Source: Sphingobacteriaceae bacterium
GTDB taxonomy: Bacteria; Bacteroidota; Bacteroidia; B-17B0; Aurantibacillaceae
Assembly (NCBI GenBank): GCA_947453445.1
Contig: CANGGP010000006.1
Location: 15,999 to 79,998 of the forward strand
Direction of reading: 5' to 3'
Length of the DNA: 64,000 nt
Shown here in pieces: positions 35,914 through 46,375 of this stretch; positions within the stretch are counted from its first letter, which is position 1, and each line of letters starts with the position of its first letter. Made by a program: the position numbers and the translations under genes. Below the pieces are notes generated by a model. That model was not told the origin of the DNA. It was given only the letters and a program-made list of their open reading frames with translations, and made no database searches.

Positions 35914-37899
35914 TTGATTCCTAAGAACACCATTGATAGTATTTTTGAAGCTGCCCACGTTGAAGAAGTGGTTGGAGAATTTGTGACGCTTAAAAAACGC
36001 GGCACCAACTTACTAGGTCTTTGCCCCTTTCACGGCGAAAAAACACCTTCATTTACTGTATCGCCGGTAAAAGGCATTTACAAATGTTTTGGTTGCGGTA
36101 AAGCCGGCAATTCAGTCAATTTTATCATGGACCATTTAAAGTTATCTTATCCTGAAGCTTTAAAATGGTTGGCCAAAAAATATGGCATCGAAATCATTGA
36201 ACGCGAAATAACCCCTGAAGAAAAGGAACAACAAACCGAGCGCGAGAGCATGCTCATTGTGATGCAATATGCACAAAGGTATTTCAGCGACATCATGATG
36301 AATAACGATGAAGGCAAATCAATTGGCTATTCATATTTTATGGAGCGTCAATTGCGTCATGATATTGTAACTAAATTTCAATTGGGTTATAGTTTAGAAG
36401 AAAGAAATGCCTTTACAACAGCTGCCTTAAGAAATGGTTATGCCCCAAAATACTTGGCCAAAACCGGCATGAGTATTGTGAGTAATCGTCATGTTGAAGG
36501 CACTGAAATTACTGCGCAAGATTTATTTGACCGTTACGCCGGAAGGGTGATGTTTCCGATTCATGACGACGGAGGCCGTGTGGTTGCCTTTGGTGGAAGA
36601 ACCTTAAGCAGCGATAAAAAAACAGCCAAGTATATTAATAGTCCTGAAACCGACATTTACAACAAGAGTAAAATTTTGTATGGATTGTGGATGGGAAAAA
36701 AAGCCATTCAAGAAAAAGATTCATGCTTTTTGGTTGAAGGATACATGGATGTGATTGCCATGCATCAAGCGGGCATTGAAAATGTGGTGGCCTCCAGTGG
36801 TACTTCATTAACCATTGATCAGATAAAATCCATTCATCGATTCACAAAAAACATTGTGGTATTGTATGATGGTGATGAAGCCGGACAAAAAGCCAGTAAC
36901 CGCGCCATTCCTTTGTTATTGGAGGAAGGCATGAATGTGCGATTGTTGATGTTTCCTGATAATGATGATCCGGATTCATTCAGCAGAAAAGTAACAGCAG
37001 AAGCATTTCAAAATTATTTGAATGAAAACACCACTGATTTTTTATACTTCAAAGCAAAAAAATTAAAAGACGAAACAAAAAACGACCCGATAAAAAGAGC
37101 AGGTGTCATTAAGGACATTGTTGACAATATTTCTCTGATTCCTGATAACATTATTCGCAGCATCTATGTAAAAGAGTGTGCCAACATTATGGAAATTGAA
37201 GAAAGCATTCTTCAATTGGAAGTAAATAAAATAAGGCGAAAAGGTAATTTTAAAAACAAAGAGGCTGAACCGACAACGCCGGCGGCAGCAACTGAAACCG
37301 AGCTGATTGAGAACCTCGACAAACCGGTACAGGAAGGCACTACATTTAATTTTGATGCAGAGGAAGAAAAATTACTGTGCATATTAATTGAATTTGGCGG
37401 TTTACTTGTAACAACACAGGCTGAAGATGAAGTTCAAAAAGAGCACGAATTACAAATTACACTTGGTGAGTTCATTATTTTTGAACTTTGGCGTGATAAA
37501 ATCACATACGAAAACCCAATTTACAATACAATATTGGAGGAGTATATTGGATATCTGGAGCGCCAAATATTGCCCAAAATTGATGATTTTAAAAATTCTC
37601 CTAACCCAATCATTTCGAACTTTGTTGTGAATAAAGTAATTGAATCACACGAATTAAGTAAAGGTTGGAGTAAATTTGGCGTCACCGTTCCTTCGCGTGA
37701 TCGCCTTGCAAAAAAAGACGCCGACAAAACCTTGTTTAGTTATAAAAGCAAACGCTTAAATAAACTAACATTTGAGCTTAGAAATAGATTAAAAGAAATT
37801 CAAGACGAAGAGGAACTAGAGGTATTAAAAGAAATACACTATTTGGATACGCTTAAACAGCGAATAAACAAACTATTGGGCAGAGAAGTAATACGTTAA
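35914..37899 (+). CDS. dnaG: DNA primase (apparent TTG start)
   Basis: Zinc-finger region CPFHGEKTPSFTVSPVKGIYKCFGCGKAGN and TOPRIM motifs EGYMDVIA and VLYDGDEAGQKA. Confidence 0.9.
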   Translation: MIPKNTIDSIFEAAHVEEVVGEFVTLKKRGTNLLGLCPFHGEKTPSFTVSPVKGIYKCFGCGKAGNSVNFIMDHLKLSYPEALKWLAKKYGIEIIEREITPEEKEQQTERESMLIVMQYAQRYFSDIMMNNDEGKSIGYSYFMERQLRHDIVTKFQLGYSLEERNAFTTAALRNGYAPKYLAKTGMSIVSNRHVEGTEITAQDLFDRYAGRVMFPIHDDGGRVVAFGGRTLSSDKKTAKYINSPETDIYNKSKILYGLWMGKKAIQEKDSCFLVEGYMDVIAMHQAGIENVVASSGTSLTIDQIKSIHRFTKNIVVLYDGDEAGQKASNRAIPLLLEEGMNVRLLMFPDNDDPDSFSRKVTAEAFQNYLNENTTDFLYFKAKKLKDETKNDPIKRAGVIKDIVDNISLIPDNIIRSIYVKECANIMEIEESILQLEVNKIRRKGNFKNKEAEPTTPAAATETELIENLDKPVQEGTTFNFDAEEEKLLCILIEFGGLLVTTQAEDEVQKEHELQITLGEFIIFELWRDKITYENPIYNTILEEYIGYLERQILPKIDDFKNSPNPIISNFVVNKVIESHELSKGWSKFGVTVPSRDRLAKKDADKTLFSYKSKRLNKLTFELRNRLKEIQDEEELEVLKEIHYLDTLKQRINKLLGREVIR

Positions 37900-38178
37900 C
37901 AACTGTTCATTCCTCAAAAAACTTCTTGTTCGCTATTCACTTCTGTTAATTATTAATTCATGGAAGTTCAATTAATTTAATTACATTTAATTGGTAAAAT
38001 CCTGTCGGTAGCTAATACAACTAAATGAATGGTGATTGTTTCAATCAAACCGTTTCATTTTTGAAAACTATTTTTCCTTTGTACCAATGGTTTTTACTTC
38101 GGAACCTATAGAAATATAAATTGAGCAATTTTAAAACACAATAGAATCAGATAACTCAACCGCTTAAAAAATAAAACT

Positions 38179-40935
38179 ATGAAAAGAAAAATTTACCAAT
38201 TATTATTTAGTGCAAACAAAGCGCTTTTAGCCTTAGTCATGACTTTATTCGTAACTGGGTCGTTTTCGCAAAACACTTACACCTTTAATTATACGGGTGG
38301 TCAACAAACAATTAACCTTCAGGCCGGCACCTACACAATTGAAATGTGGGGGGGCGATGGCGGCGATAATTTGGGCAATGGAAGCTCAACGGTTTTTCAA
38401 TCCGGAGGAAAAGGAGGTTATTCAATTGGCACCTATACCTTGGCAAGTGCAACAACCCTTTACGTAAATGTTGGCGGCAAAGGCAGTAATTCAACAAGCA
38501 CCTTAAATGTAACTGTTCCGGGCGGCTATAATGGCGGAGGTTACGGAAGTTTAAATACAACAAGCGGTAAAGTAAGCGGTGCTGCCGGTGGCGGTGCTTC
38601 ACATGTTGCAACGGCAACCGGAACTTTGGGTGCATTATCAACGAACACATCAGCCGTGTTAATTGTGGCAGGCGGCGGTGGCGGTGCCGGTGAAAGTAAC
38701 TATGCAAATAGTAATACATCTTATAATTCAAACGGCGGCGCCGGCGGCGGATTGTCGGGTGCTCAAAATATAGCAACCGGCTATCAAGGTCGTCATGGCA
38801 AAGGTGGCACACAAACTGTTGGTGGTACCGGAGGCGACAATGGTAGTGCCGTGGCCGGTATACCTTTACAAGGTATTTTTGGTGTGGGTGGATATAACAC
38901 TGCTTCAGGCACAAATAGCAGTGCAGGCGGCTCAGGTATTGGCGGCGGTGGCGGTGGCTGGTATGGCGGCGGTGCAGGTTGGGGCGGCGCAGCCACAGCC
39001 TATCAAGCCGGTTCAGGCGGCGGCGGCTCAGGATATGTTGGCGGTGTAATTAGCGGTGTAACATATAGTATTGGTCAAACCGGATTTGTAACTAGTCCAA
39101 TCACCACTGGCAATGGCTTTGTTTTAATTAAAGAATTATGTAGTATCACTCTTAGTAACAATGTTACAGGCAACAACAATGTAGCAATTTGCGCCGGAAC
39201 CAGTTTAACCTTAACAACCAACGCCATAAGCAATTATTCTTGGAGCAATGGCAGTACGGCTTCTTCAATTGTAGTGAATCCGTCAGGGTCAACCATTTAT
39301 TCTTTAACCGCCACTTCACCTTCAAATTGTATTTCAACCAGGGTAATGTCGGTAAACGTAAGTTCAGGTCTGCCAAGTTTATCAATCACTAGCAGCACCA
39401 ACACTACTTGTTTAGGAAAAACAGTAACACTAACTGCCAGCGGTGCAGTAACGTATACATGGACCAATGGTATTGTGAATGGTGCGGCCTTCACCCCTTC
39501 TGCTACCCAATCATACACGGTAACCGGACAAAATGGTTGCGGCACATCCACAGCCGTAACAGCCGTTAGTATTGCTCCGCTTGCCGTTTCATTGATTAGT
39601 ACCCCTACCATTGTGTGTGCAGGTAGCACTTCTACACTCAATGCATCAACGGCAGCCACTTCATATTCTTGGTATCCGATTTTATCTACTGCTTCCAATT
39701 CACTTGTGGTGAGTCCACAAGCAAACACCATTTATACAGTTGCTGTTTCTGACGGTACCTGTTTTGGTGCAGCCACAGTGGCTGTGAATACTAACCCTGT
39801 ACCAACTGTTGTTGCTACACCAAGTTTGGCCTCCATCTGTTCCGGTGATCAAATTGTTTTATCTGCAATTGGCGCCAACAGTTTTACTTGGACACCTGGA
39901 AACATGAGCGGCAATTCAGTAACCGTTAGTCCAACCGCCCCTACGCCATACCAAGTTGTTGGTACCAATAGTTTTGGTTGCACAGGTGCTGCAAATCTTG
40001 CCATTATTGTGAATCCAAGTCCAACCCTAAATATTGTTGCCTCCACCAATTTCATTTGCGCTGGCGATCCTGTTACCCTTACAGTGAATGGCGCCAATTC
40101 GTATACTTGGAATTCAGTTTCTAATAACACTTCAATAAGTGTTAACCCTTTGGTAAGCACCACGTATAGTGTAAGTGGACTTTTAAACGGTTGTTATGGA
40201 GATACAAGTGTTCAGATTTCGGTGTTCATTCCTACTTTGTCGATCAGCGGCAATACTTCTATTTGCTCGGGGCAAACTGCAACCATTATTGCGACCGGTG
40301 CCAATACTTACAATTGGAGTAACGGCTTTAACACAGCAGCCATTCAAGTATCACCAAGCAGCAACACCGTTTATACTGTTTCAGCTTTAACCACTTCAGG
40401 AAGCATTAATTGTGCAAGTGCCGGTTCGGTGCAAGTGCAAGTGAAACCGCTGCCTAGTGTAACAATTACAGCCTCAAAAAACGAAATATGTAAAGGTGAA
40501 ACTGCAACTTTAACGGCAAGCGGCGCCAATACTTATACATGGAGTAATGGTTCGAATGGCACAAGTATTTCGCCTAGCTCATCATTGGTTACAACATTTG
40601 TGTTTACTGTAACCGGCAACAGTACATTAAATTGTATTAATACTGCCACGGCTCAGTTTAAAGTTAATTCATGTAATGGTTTCGATGAAAACAAAATCTC
40701 GAGTGTAAGCTTTAACGTTTACCCTAATCCTAATAATGGCAATTTTAATGTTATTTCAACTTCAAATTTGCATTTAACCATCACAAATGAATTAGGTCAG
40801 GTTATAAAATCTTTTGAATTAAATTCAGATAATCATTTTACGATATCGATCGACGAATTATCATCAGGTATTTATTTTGTAGTTGCAAACGATGCCAACA
40901 GCACTCAATACCAAAAAATAATTATCAATAAATAA
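38179..40935 (+). CDS. T9SS type-A cargo: glycine-rich domain plus 7 Cys-pair Ig-like repeats plus C-terminal sorting domain (paralogue 1)
   Basis: Signal peptide. YTFNYTGGQQTINLQAGTYTIEMWGGDGG...LYVNVGGKG...VLIVAGGGGGAG...GGGGGWYGGGAG...GNGFVLIKE, then seven units of about 75 aa (ICxGxxxxLxAxGAxxYxW...Y.V......C). The C-terminus is VYPNPNNGNFNV...GIYFVVAND...IIINK. Confidence 0.85.
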   Translation: MKRKIYQLLFSANKALLALVMTLFVTGSFSQNTYTFNYTGGQQTINLQAGTYTIEMWGGDGGDNLGNGSSTVFQSGGKGGYSIGTYTLASATTLYVNVGGKGSNSTSTLNVTVPGGYNGGGYGSLNTTSGKVSGAAGGGASHVATATGTLGALSTNTSAVLIVAGGGGGAGESNYANSNTSYNSNGGAGGGLSGAQNIATGYQGRHGKGGTQTVGGTGGDNGSAVAGIPLQGIFGVGGYNTASGTNSSAGGSGIGGGGGGWYGGGAGWGGAATAYQAGSGGGGSGYVGGVISGVTYSIGQTGFVTSPITTGNGFVLIKELCSITLSNNVTGNNNVAICAGTSLTLTTNAISNYSWSNGSTASSIVVNPSGSTIYSLTATSPSNCISTRVMSVNVSSGLPSLSITSSTNTTCLGKTVTLTASGAVTYTWTNGIVNGAAFTPSATQSYTVTGQNGCGTSTAVTAVSIAPLAVSLISTPTIVCAGSTSTLNASTAATSYSWYPILSTASNSLVVSPQANTIYTVAVSDGTCFGAATVAVNTNPVPTVVATPSLASICSGDQIVLSAIGANSFTWTPGNMSGNSVTVSPTAPTPYQVVGTNSFGCTGAANLAIIVNPSPTLNIVASTNFICAGDPVTLTVNGANSYTWNSVSNNTSISVNPLVSTTYSVSGLLNGCYGDTSVQISVFIPTLSISGNTSICSGQTATIIATGANTYNWSNGFNTAAIQVSPSSNTVYTVSALTTSGSINCASAGSVQVQVKPLPSVTITASKNEICKGETATLTASGANTYTWSNGSNGTSISPSSSLVTTFVFTVTGNSTLNCINTATAQFKVNSCNGFDENKISSVSFNVYPNPNNGNFNVISTSNLHLTITNELGQVIKSFELNSDNHFTISIDELSSGIYFVVANDANSTQYQKIIINK

Positions 40936-40993
40936 CTGATCCATTTCAAAATTTTAAAATTTAATTGACCTAAAAATTAAACCAAGCAATAAC

Positions 40994-43633
40994 ATGAAAA
41001 GAAAATTTTTCGAATTCTTGATCACCGGCAAAAATTTCAGTTTTGCGCTCGTATTTGTTTTAATTTGTGCCTATTCACAAGCACAAACCACTTATACTTT
41101 TAATTACACAGGCAGTCAACAAACTGTTAATTTAACACCCGGCACATACGATATAAAGGCTTGGGGTGGCGATGGTTATACGCAAACAAGTGGATACAAC
41201 GGAAAAGGCGGTTACTCAAATGGCATTTTAACGCTAACTTCTGCACAAACCATTTATGTTTATGTAGGCGGACTTGGTTCATATCCATCAAGTGGTGTTT
41301 CAGGAAATGTGTGGACATTTAATGGTGGTGGCGTTGGATATCCTGCTAGCAATACAGCGTATGGAAACGGAGGCGGCGCCTCTGATGTTAGAACTGTTGG
41401 TGGTTTATGGGATAATAGTTCTAGTTTGGCAAGCAGGGTAATAGTAGCAGGTGGCGGTGGTGCCGGCCGAAATACTTCATACATTGGCGGTAACGGCGGT
41501 GGCCTTGTAGGTGGAACAGGAACTTATTTTAGTCCGGATCAAACCGGAGGACCTACGGGAGGCACCCAAACAGCCGGAGGATTAAACACAGGTTACACTT
41601 CCGGACTTACAACAGCCACTTTAGGTAAAGCAATGACTTGGGATGGTACCACATTAACCGCGAGTTTTCTTGCAGGCGGTGGTGGTGGTTATTATGGCGG
41701 TGCCTCAGGAAGGGTGGCCGGCGGCGGCGGTTCCTCATACATTGGAGGCGTTAGCAGTGGAACCACCATCATGTTTGGTCAAACCGGTTTTGTGACCAAT
41801 CCCGTTGCTTCAAGCGGAAACGGAATGGTCATCATCACTGAGTTGTGTAACATCACCCTCAACAATAACCTTACAGGAAACAACAATGTGGCCATTTGTG
41901 CAGGAACATCTTTATCCTTAACAACCAATGCCATCAGTAATTATTCCTGGAGTAATGGAAGCACTGCGTCTTCAATTGTTGTAACACCAAGTGTAAGTAC
42001 TGTATATACCTTAACAGCTACATCGCCTTCAAACTGTGTAGCAACGCGCATTTTAACAGTAACTGTTAGTTCCGGTAATCCTACCCTTTCAATTAATACC
42101 GGCACCAACGTGATTTGTGCTGGTCAATCACTAATTTTCACTGCATCTGGAGCCAACACTTATACTTGGTCGAACAGCATCGTAAATGGTTCAATTTATA
42201 CACCAAGCGTAACTTCAACCTATACAGTATTAGGGCAAAATGGTTGTGGTATTTCTTCCGCTGTAACCACAATTAGTGTTGCACCATTACCTGTTAGTGT
42301 GATCAGCAACCCTACTGTAGTTTGTGCAGGAAGTACATCCACTTTAACAGCTGCCACTTCAGCCACATCTTTCACTTGGTTCCCGGTTTCGGTGAATGCT
42401 TCATCCATGATGGTTAGTCCCATCAGCAATGCGATTTATACGGTGGTTGCCTCAAATGGCACATGTTTAGGTGCAGCCACAGTGGCGGTAAATGCCAATC
42501 CGATACCAACCATTGTTGCTACACCTTCATTGGCTACAATATGTTCGGGCGATCAAATTGTGTTAAGTGCAACCGGCGCCAATAGTTTTACATGGTCACC
42601 GGGCAATACAAGCGGTAGTTCGGTAACCGTTAGTCCAACCGCACCTACACCCTACCAAGTGGTTGGCACCAATAGCTTTGGCTGTTCAGGTGTAGCGAAT
42701 CTAGCCATTATTGTAATTCCAGGTCCAAGTTTATCAATTGTATCAGATGCCAATTTAATTTGTAAAGGATCGGCCGTTAATTTGAGTGTAACAGGTGCTA
42801 ATTCATATACATGGAGTAGTGGTTCAAACAATTCGACCATTAGTGTGAGTCCAACGGTTACAAGTACCTACAGTGTTATCGGTGATGTAAACGGCTGTTT
42901 GGGTAATACAGTCATCAGTGTGTCTGTATTAAACCCGAGTGTAGCTGTTAGCGGCAATACTTCCATTTGTTCGGGTGAGTCGGCAACACTTATTGCTTCA
43001 GGTGCCACTTCGTACTCTTGGAATACAGGTGCAAGTGGCAATAGTATACTTGTGAATCCTACAAGCAACACCACGTATACTGTTTATGCTTCAACCAATT
43101 CAATTAGTATAAACTGTCCGAGTACAAAATCGGTAACTGTAAATGTTAAACCTTTGCCCACCATCATCGCAAGTATTAACAGTACCAATGTGTGCAAGGG
43201 CGATGCTTGTATTTTAAATGCCTCCGGGGCAGCAAGCTATACATGGAGCACAGGCAATAATACACCTAGCATTACTTTAACGCATACCCTTTTAACCACC
43301 GTAATTTATAGTGTGAGTGGCACAAGCACACTTAATTGCGTGAACAATGCTACACTACAAGTAAAGGTAAATGCTTGCACCGGTATTGATGAATTAAACA
43401 AGGATAAAACATTACTACAGGTTTATCCTAATCCGAACAACGGTAGTTTCTTAATTGCGTCGAAATACAACGGTGAAATATTTATATTAAATCAACTTGG
43501 TCAGCTTGTTAAACAATTAAAAATCAATGAAGGCGAACAAGTAAACGTTAGTGATTTGGCGCCGGGCGTTTATTACATCAATGTTTCAAGTAGAATAGAA
43601 CAATCTAGTTTAAAAATTATTGTGACCAAATAA
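40994..43633 (+). CDS. T9SS type-A cargo: glycine-rich domain plus 7 Cys-pair Ig-like repeats plus C-terminal sorting domain (paralogue 2)
   Basis: Same architecture. YTFNYTGSQQTVNLTPGTYDIKAWGGDG...RVIVAGGGGAG...GNGMVIITE. Repeat 4 is nearly identical to paralogue 1. The C-terminus is VYPNPNNGSFLI...GVYYINV...KIIVTK. Confidence 0.85.
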   Translation: MKRKFFEFLITGKNFSFALVFVLICAYSQAQTTYTFNYTGSQQTVNLTPGTYDIKAWGGDGYTQTSGYNGKGGYSNGILTLTSAQTIYVYVGGLGSYPSSGVSGNVWTFNGGGVGYPASNTAYGNGGGASDVRTVGGLWDNSSSLASRVIVAGGGGAGRNTSYIGGNGGGLVGGTGTYFSPDQTGGPTGGTQTAGGLNTGYTSGLTTATLGKAMTWDGTTLTASFLAGGGGGYYGGASGRVAGGGGSSYIGGVSSGTTIMFGQTGFVTNPVASSGNGMVIITELCNITLNNNLTGNNNVAICAGTSLSLTTNAISNYSWSNGSTASSIVVTPSVSTVYTLTATSPSNCVATRILTVTVSSGNPTLSINTGTNVICAGQSLIFTASGANTYTWSNSIVNGSIYTPSVTSTYTVLGQNGCGISSAVTTISVAPLPVSVISNPTVVCAGSTSTLTAATSATSFTWFPVSVNASSMMVSPISNAIYTVVASNGTCLGAATVAVNANPIPTIVATPSLATICSGDQIVLSATGANSFTWSPGNTSGSSVTVSPTAPTPYQVVGTNSFGCSGVANLAIIVIPGPSLSIVSDANLICKGSAVNLSVTGANSYTWSSGSNNSTISVSPTVTSTYSVIGDVNGCLGNTVISVSVLNPSVAVSGNTSICSGESATLIASGATSYSWNTGASGNSILVNPTSNTTYTVYASTNSISINCPSTKSVTVNVKPLPTIIASINSTNVCKGDACILNASGAASYTWSTGNNTPSITLTHTLLTTVIYSVSGTSTLNCVNNATLQVKVNACTGIDELNKDKTLLQVYPNPNNGSFLIASKYNGEIFILNQLGQLVKQLKINEGEQVNVSDLAPGVYYINVSSRIEQSSLKIIVTK

Positions 43634-43683
43634 TTTTCAGTAATTCGCATTCACAATATTTTATTGAATATAAAATCATAAAA

Positions 43684-43714
43684 AAGGCTTGGTGTTGTAC
43701 CAAGCCTTTTTTTT
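43684..43714. terminator. bidirectional rho-independent terminator
   Basis: aaaaaGGCTTGGTgttgTACCAAGCCtttttttt lies between convergent genes. Confidence 0.85.
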
Positions 43715-43733
43715 AGGAATAAATAAAATAAGA

Positions 43734-44441
43734 TTACACCTCCACCAAGGTGCCTACTTTTTCGCCAGACACCAAGCGACTCAAATTGCCCTTCTTGTTC
43801 ATATCGAACACAATAATTGGTAAGTTATTTTCTTTACACAGTGTAAAGGCGGTCATATCCATTACTTCAAGACCTTTGTTATACACTTCTTCAAACTTAA
43901 TTGTATCGTACTTGGTGGCATTTTTGTCTTTTTCAGGATCTGCAGTATAAATACCATCTACACGAGTGCCTTTTAGAATCACACCTGCTTCTATTTCAAT
44001 TGCCCTTAGTGTGGCCGCTGTATCAGTTGTAAAATATGGGTTTCCGGTGCCTGCACCAAAAATCACAACACGGTTTTTTTCTAAATGACGAACGGCTTTA
44101 CGGCGAATAAATGGTTCGCAAATTTGTTCCATTTTTATGGCGCTTTGCAAACGTGTTTGTACACCCAATCCTTCTAAAGCACTTTGAATAGCCATACTGT
44201 TAATTACTGTAGCAAGCATGCCCATGTAATCACCATGTACTCTATCCATGCCGCCTTTTTCGGCTTGAATGCCTCTGAAAATATTTCCACCACCAATCAC
44301 AATCGCTATTTGGCAACCCAATTCATGTACCGCTTTAATTTCTCTGGCATATTCCATCAAACGTTCTTGATCAATACCAAATCCTTTGCTTCCCATGAGG
44401 GCTTCTCCGCTTAACTTTAATAATATTCTTTTGTATTTCAT
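43734..44441 (-). CDS. pyrH: UMP kinase
   Basis: [15 protein letters not shown]...[10 protein letters not shown]...[19 protein letters not shown]. Confidence 0.92.
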   Translation of the reverse strand: MKYKRILLKLSGEALMGSKGFGIDQERLMEYAREIKAVHELGCQIAIVIGGGNIFRGIQAEKGGMDRVHGDYMGMLATVINSMAIQSALEGLGVQTRLQSAIKMEQICEPFIRRKAVRHLEKNRVVIFGAGTGNPYFTTDTAATLRAIEIEAGVILKGTRVDGIYTADPEKDKNATKYDTIKFEEVYNKGLEVMDMTAFTLCKENNLPIIVFDMNKKGNLSRLVSGEKVGTLVEV

Positions 44442-44502
44442 GTGATTTTATGTGCTGTTACTAATTGGTAATTATATTCGGTTCATTGAAAATAAAATTA
44501 TC

Positions 44503-44533
44503 AAAAAAAATCCCGACTGATAAGGTCGGGATT
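44503..44533 (-). terminator. rho-independent terminator downstream of tsf
   Basis: The minus strand reads aaTCCCGACcttatcaGTCGGGAtttttttt. Confidence 0.8.
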
Positions 44534-44539
44534 AAATGA

Positions 44540-45364
44540 TTAAGCTAATGAATAGCGTTTTAATGCTGAAACGGTGAGGTCTTTTTCAACGCTTTGCAAA
44601 TACTGACGCACTGTCATTTTGTTATCGATAAAATACTCTTGGTTTAACAAAGTAGATTCTTTGTAAAATTTGTTCAATTTACCTTGTGCAATTTTTTCAA
44701 CCATGTCTTCAGATTTTCCTTCAGCACGGGTAGTTTCGCGGGCAATGTCTAATTCACGGTTAATGGTGGTTTGATCAACATCATCTTTATCGATTGCAAC
44801 CGGTGCCATTGCTGCTGCTTGCATGGCGATGTTTTTTGCCACTTCGTCGCTCACAGGTTTATTGAAACCCAAGGCTACTGCTAAACGGTTACCCGGATGA
44901 ATATATCCTGACACTTGAGCAGCTGTGATGATTGAATAATATCCGATGTCGATTTTCTCTCCAATTTTACCAACTTGTTCCATGAACTTATCACCTACAG
45001 TGATGTCGTTGTTGTATGGCAATGCTTTTAATTCATCAATAGTGTTTGGATGTTTCTCTAAAGCGATTTGTGCAACTGATTCTGCAAACGCGATAAAATC
45101 AGCGTTCTTAGCCACGAAATCTGTTTCACAATTTACACTTATCACGATTGCTGTTTTACGGTCACTTGTAGCCTTAGAAAGCACAACACCTTCTTTAGCA
45201 TCACGATCCTGACGGTTAGCCGCTACTTTAGCGCCTTTTTTACGAAGAAAATCTACTGCGGCTTCAAAATCACCGTTACTTTCTTCTAATGCTTTTTTAC
45301 AATCCATCATGCCGGCACCTGTTTGCTGGCGTAATTTATTTACTTCTGCTGCTGTAATAGCCAT
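44540..45364 (-). CDS. tsf: translation elongation factor Ts
   Basis: MAITAAEVNKLRQQTGAGMMDCKKALEESNGDFEAAVDFLRKKG. Confidence 0.92.
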   Translation of the reverse strand: MAITAAEVNKLRQQTGAGMMDCKKALEESNGDFEAAVDFLRKKGAKVAANRQDRDAKEGVVLSKATSDRKTAIVISVNCETDFVAKNADFIAFAESVAQIALEKHPNTIDELKALPYNNDITVGDKFMEQVGKIGEKIDIGYYSIITAAQVSGYIHPGNRLAVALGFNKPVSDEVAKNIAMQAAAMAPVAIDKDDVDQTTINRELDIARETTRAEGKSEDMVEKIAQGKLNKFYKESTLLNQEYFIDNKMTVRQYLQSVEKDLTVSALKRYSLA

Positions 45365-45438
45365 TTTTCTTATTGTTTATTAATTATTATTTATTTCGTG
45401 TTCGGTACTATTTTTGTGAAGAATGTTCTTCATCAATC

Positions 45439-45474
45439 AAAAAAAACGGTCAACCTGTTTTTCAGAATGACCGC
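45439..45474 (-). terminator. weak hairpin plus U-tract between rpsB and tsf (possible attenuator)
   Basis: The minus strand reads gCGGTCAttctgaaaaacaggtTGACCGtttttttt. The stem is 6 bp and the loop is large. Confidence 0.35.
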
Positions 45475-45495
45475 TTTAATAAATTTAATTTAAAA

Positions 45496-46344
45496 TTATT
45501 TTTTTGCTGCCACTCTGCGACGTGGTTTTTTAGCACCACCTTTTTCTTCTTCTTCTTCAGCACCTTTAATAACAACACCGTGCGCCAATTCTTCTGCTTC
45601 TGAAGCGCTCAATTCTTTGGTATCTTGTTCTTCAGCGTTGGCTTCTTTATCCATTTTACGATCAGCCAAACCATCTTTGATAGCGCTTACCATTAATTCA
45701 ATGATATAAGCGATAGATGTTGAAGCATCATCATTTGCAGGAATTGCGTAGTCAACTTGATTAGGATTTGAATTGGTATCAACAATTGCAAAAGTTGGAA
45801 TGTTTAAGCGTTTTGCTTCAGCAACTGCAATGTGTTCCTTGGTGATATCAACAATAAACAAGGCAGATGGTAAACGGCTTAAATCAGCGATTGAACCAAA
45901 TTGTGTTTCTAATTTTGCACGCTCGCGAGAAAACTGTAAACGTTCACGCTTAGATACATTAGAGAAAGTACCATCGGCAAACATTTTATCGATTTGACCC
46001 ATGCGACGCACCGATTTACGGATGGTTGCAAAGTTGGTTAACATACCGCCCGGCCAACGTTCAGTAACGTATGGCATGTTTACGGTTTTAACTTTTTCAG
46101 AAACGATATCTTTTGCTTGTTTTTTGGTAGCTACGAATAAAACTTTACGACCTGAACGCGCAATTTGTTTCAAAGCATTGGCTGCTTCTTCAATTTTCGC
46201 AACAGTTTTGTTTAAGTCAATGATATGAATACCATTTTTTTCGGCATAAATGTAAGGAGCCATTGCTGGATTCCATTTGCTTTTAAGGTGGCCGAAATGT
46301 GCACCTGATTCAAGTAATTCGTTAAACGATGTTTTTGTTGACAT
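45496..46344 (-). CDS. rpsB: 30S ribosomal protein S2
   Basis: MSTKTSFNELLESGAHFGHLKSKWNPAM. I start at Met37 of the track ORF, because the longer ORF overlaps the rpsI 3' end. The tail is acidic then basic (AEEEEEKGGAKKPRRRVAAKK). Confidence 0.9.
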   Translation of the reverse strand: MSTKTSFNELLESGAHFGHLKSKWNPAMAPYIYAEKNGIHIIDLNKTVAKIEEAANALKQIARSGRKVLFVATKKQAKDIVSEKVKTVNMPYVTERWPGGMLTNFATIRKSVRRMGQIDKMFADGTFSNVSKRERLQFSRERAKLETQFGSIADLSRLPSALFIVDITKEHIAVAEAKRLNIPTFAIVDTNSNPNQVDYAIPANDDASTSIAYIIELMVSAIKDGLADRKMDKEANAEEQDTKELSASEAEELAHGVVIKGAEEEEEKGGAKKPRRRVAAKK

Positions 46345-46375
46345 TTGTTTTTCTCTTTCTGTGTATAGCTTAATA

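Noticed and set aside
38312-38996. Long minus-strand ORFs (200 aa, His/Arg/Leu-rich; 67 aa, Pro-rich) inside the first glycine-rich gene
   Set aside because: They are antisense or frame-shifted readings of GGN-rich glycine codons. Their composition is extreme and they lie wholly inside a well-supported plus-strand gene with signal peptide, domain repeats and sorting domain.
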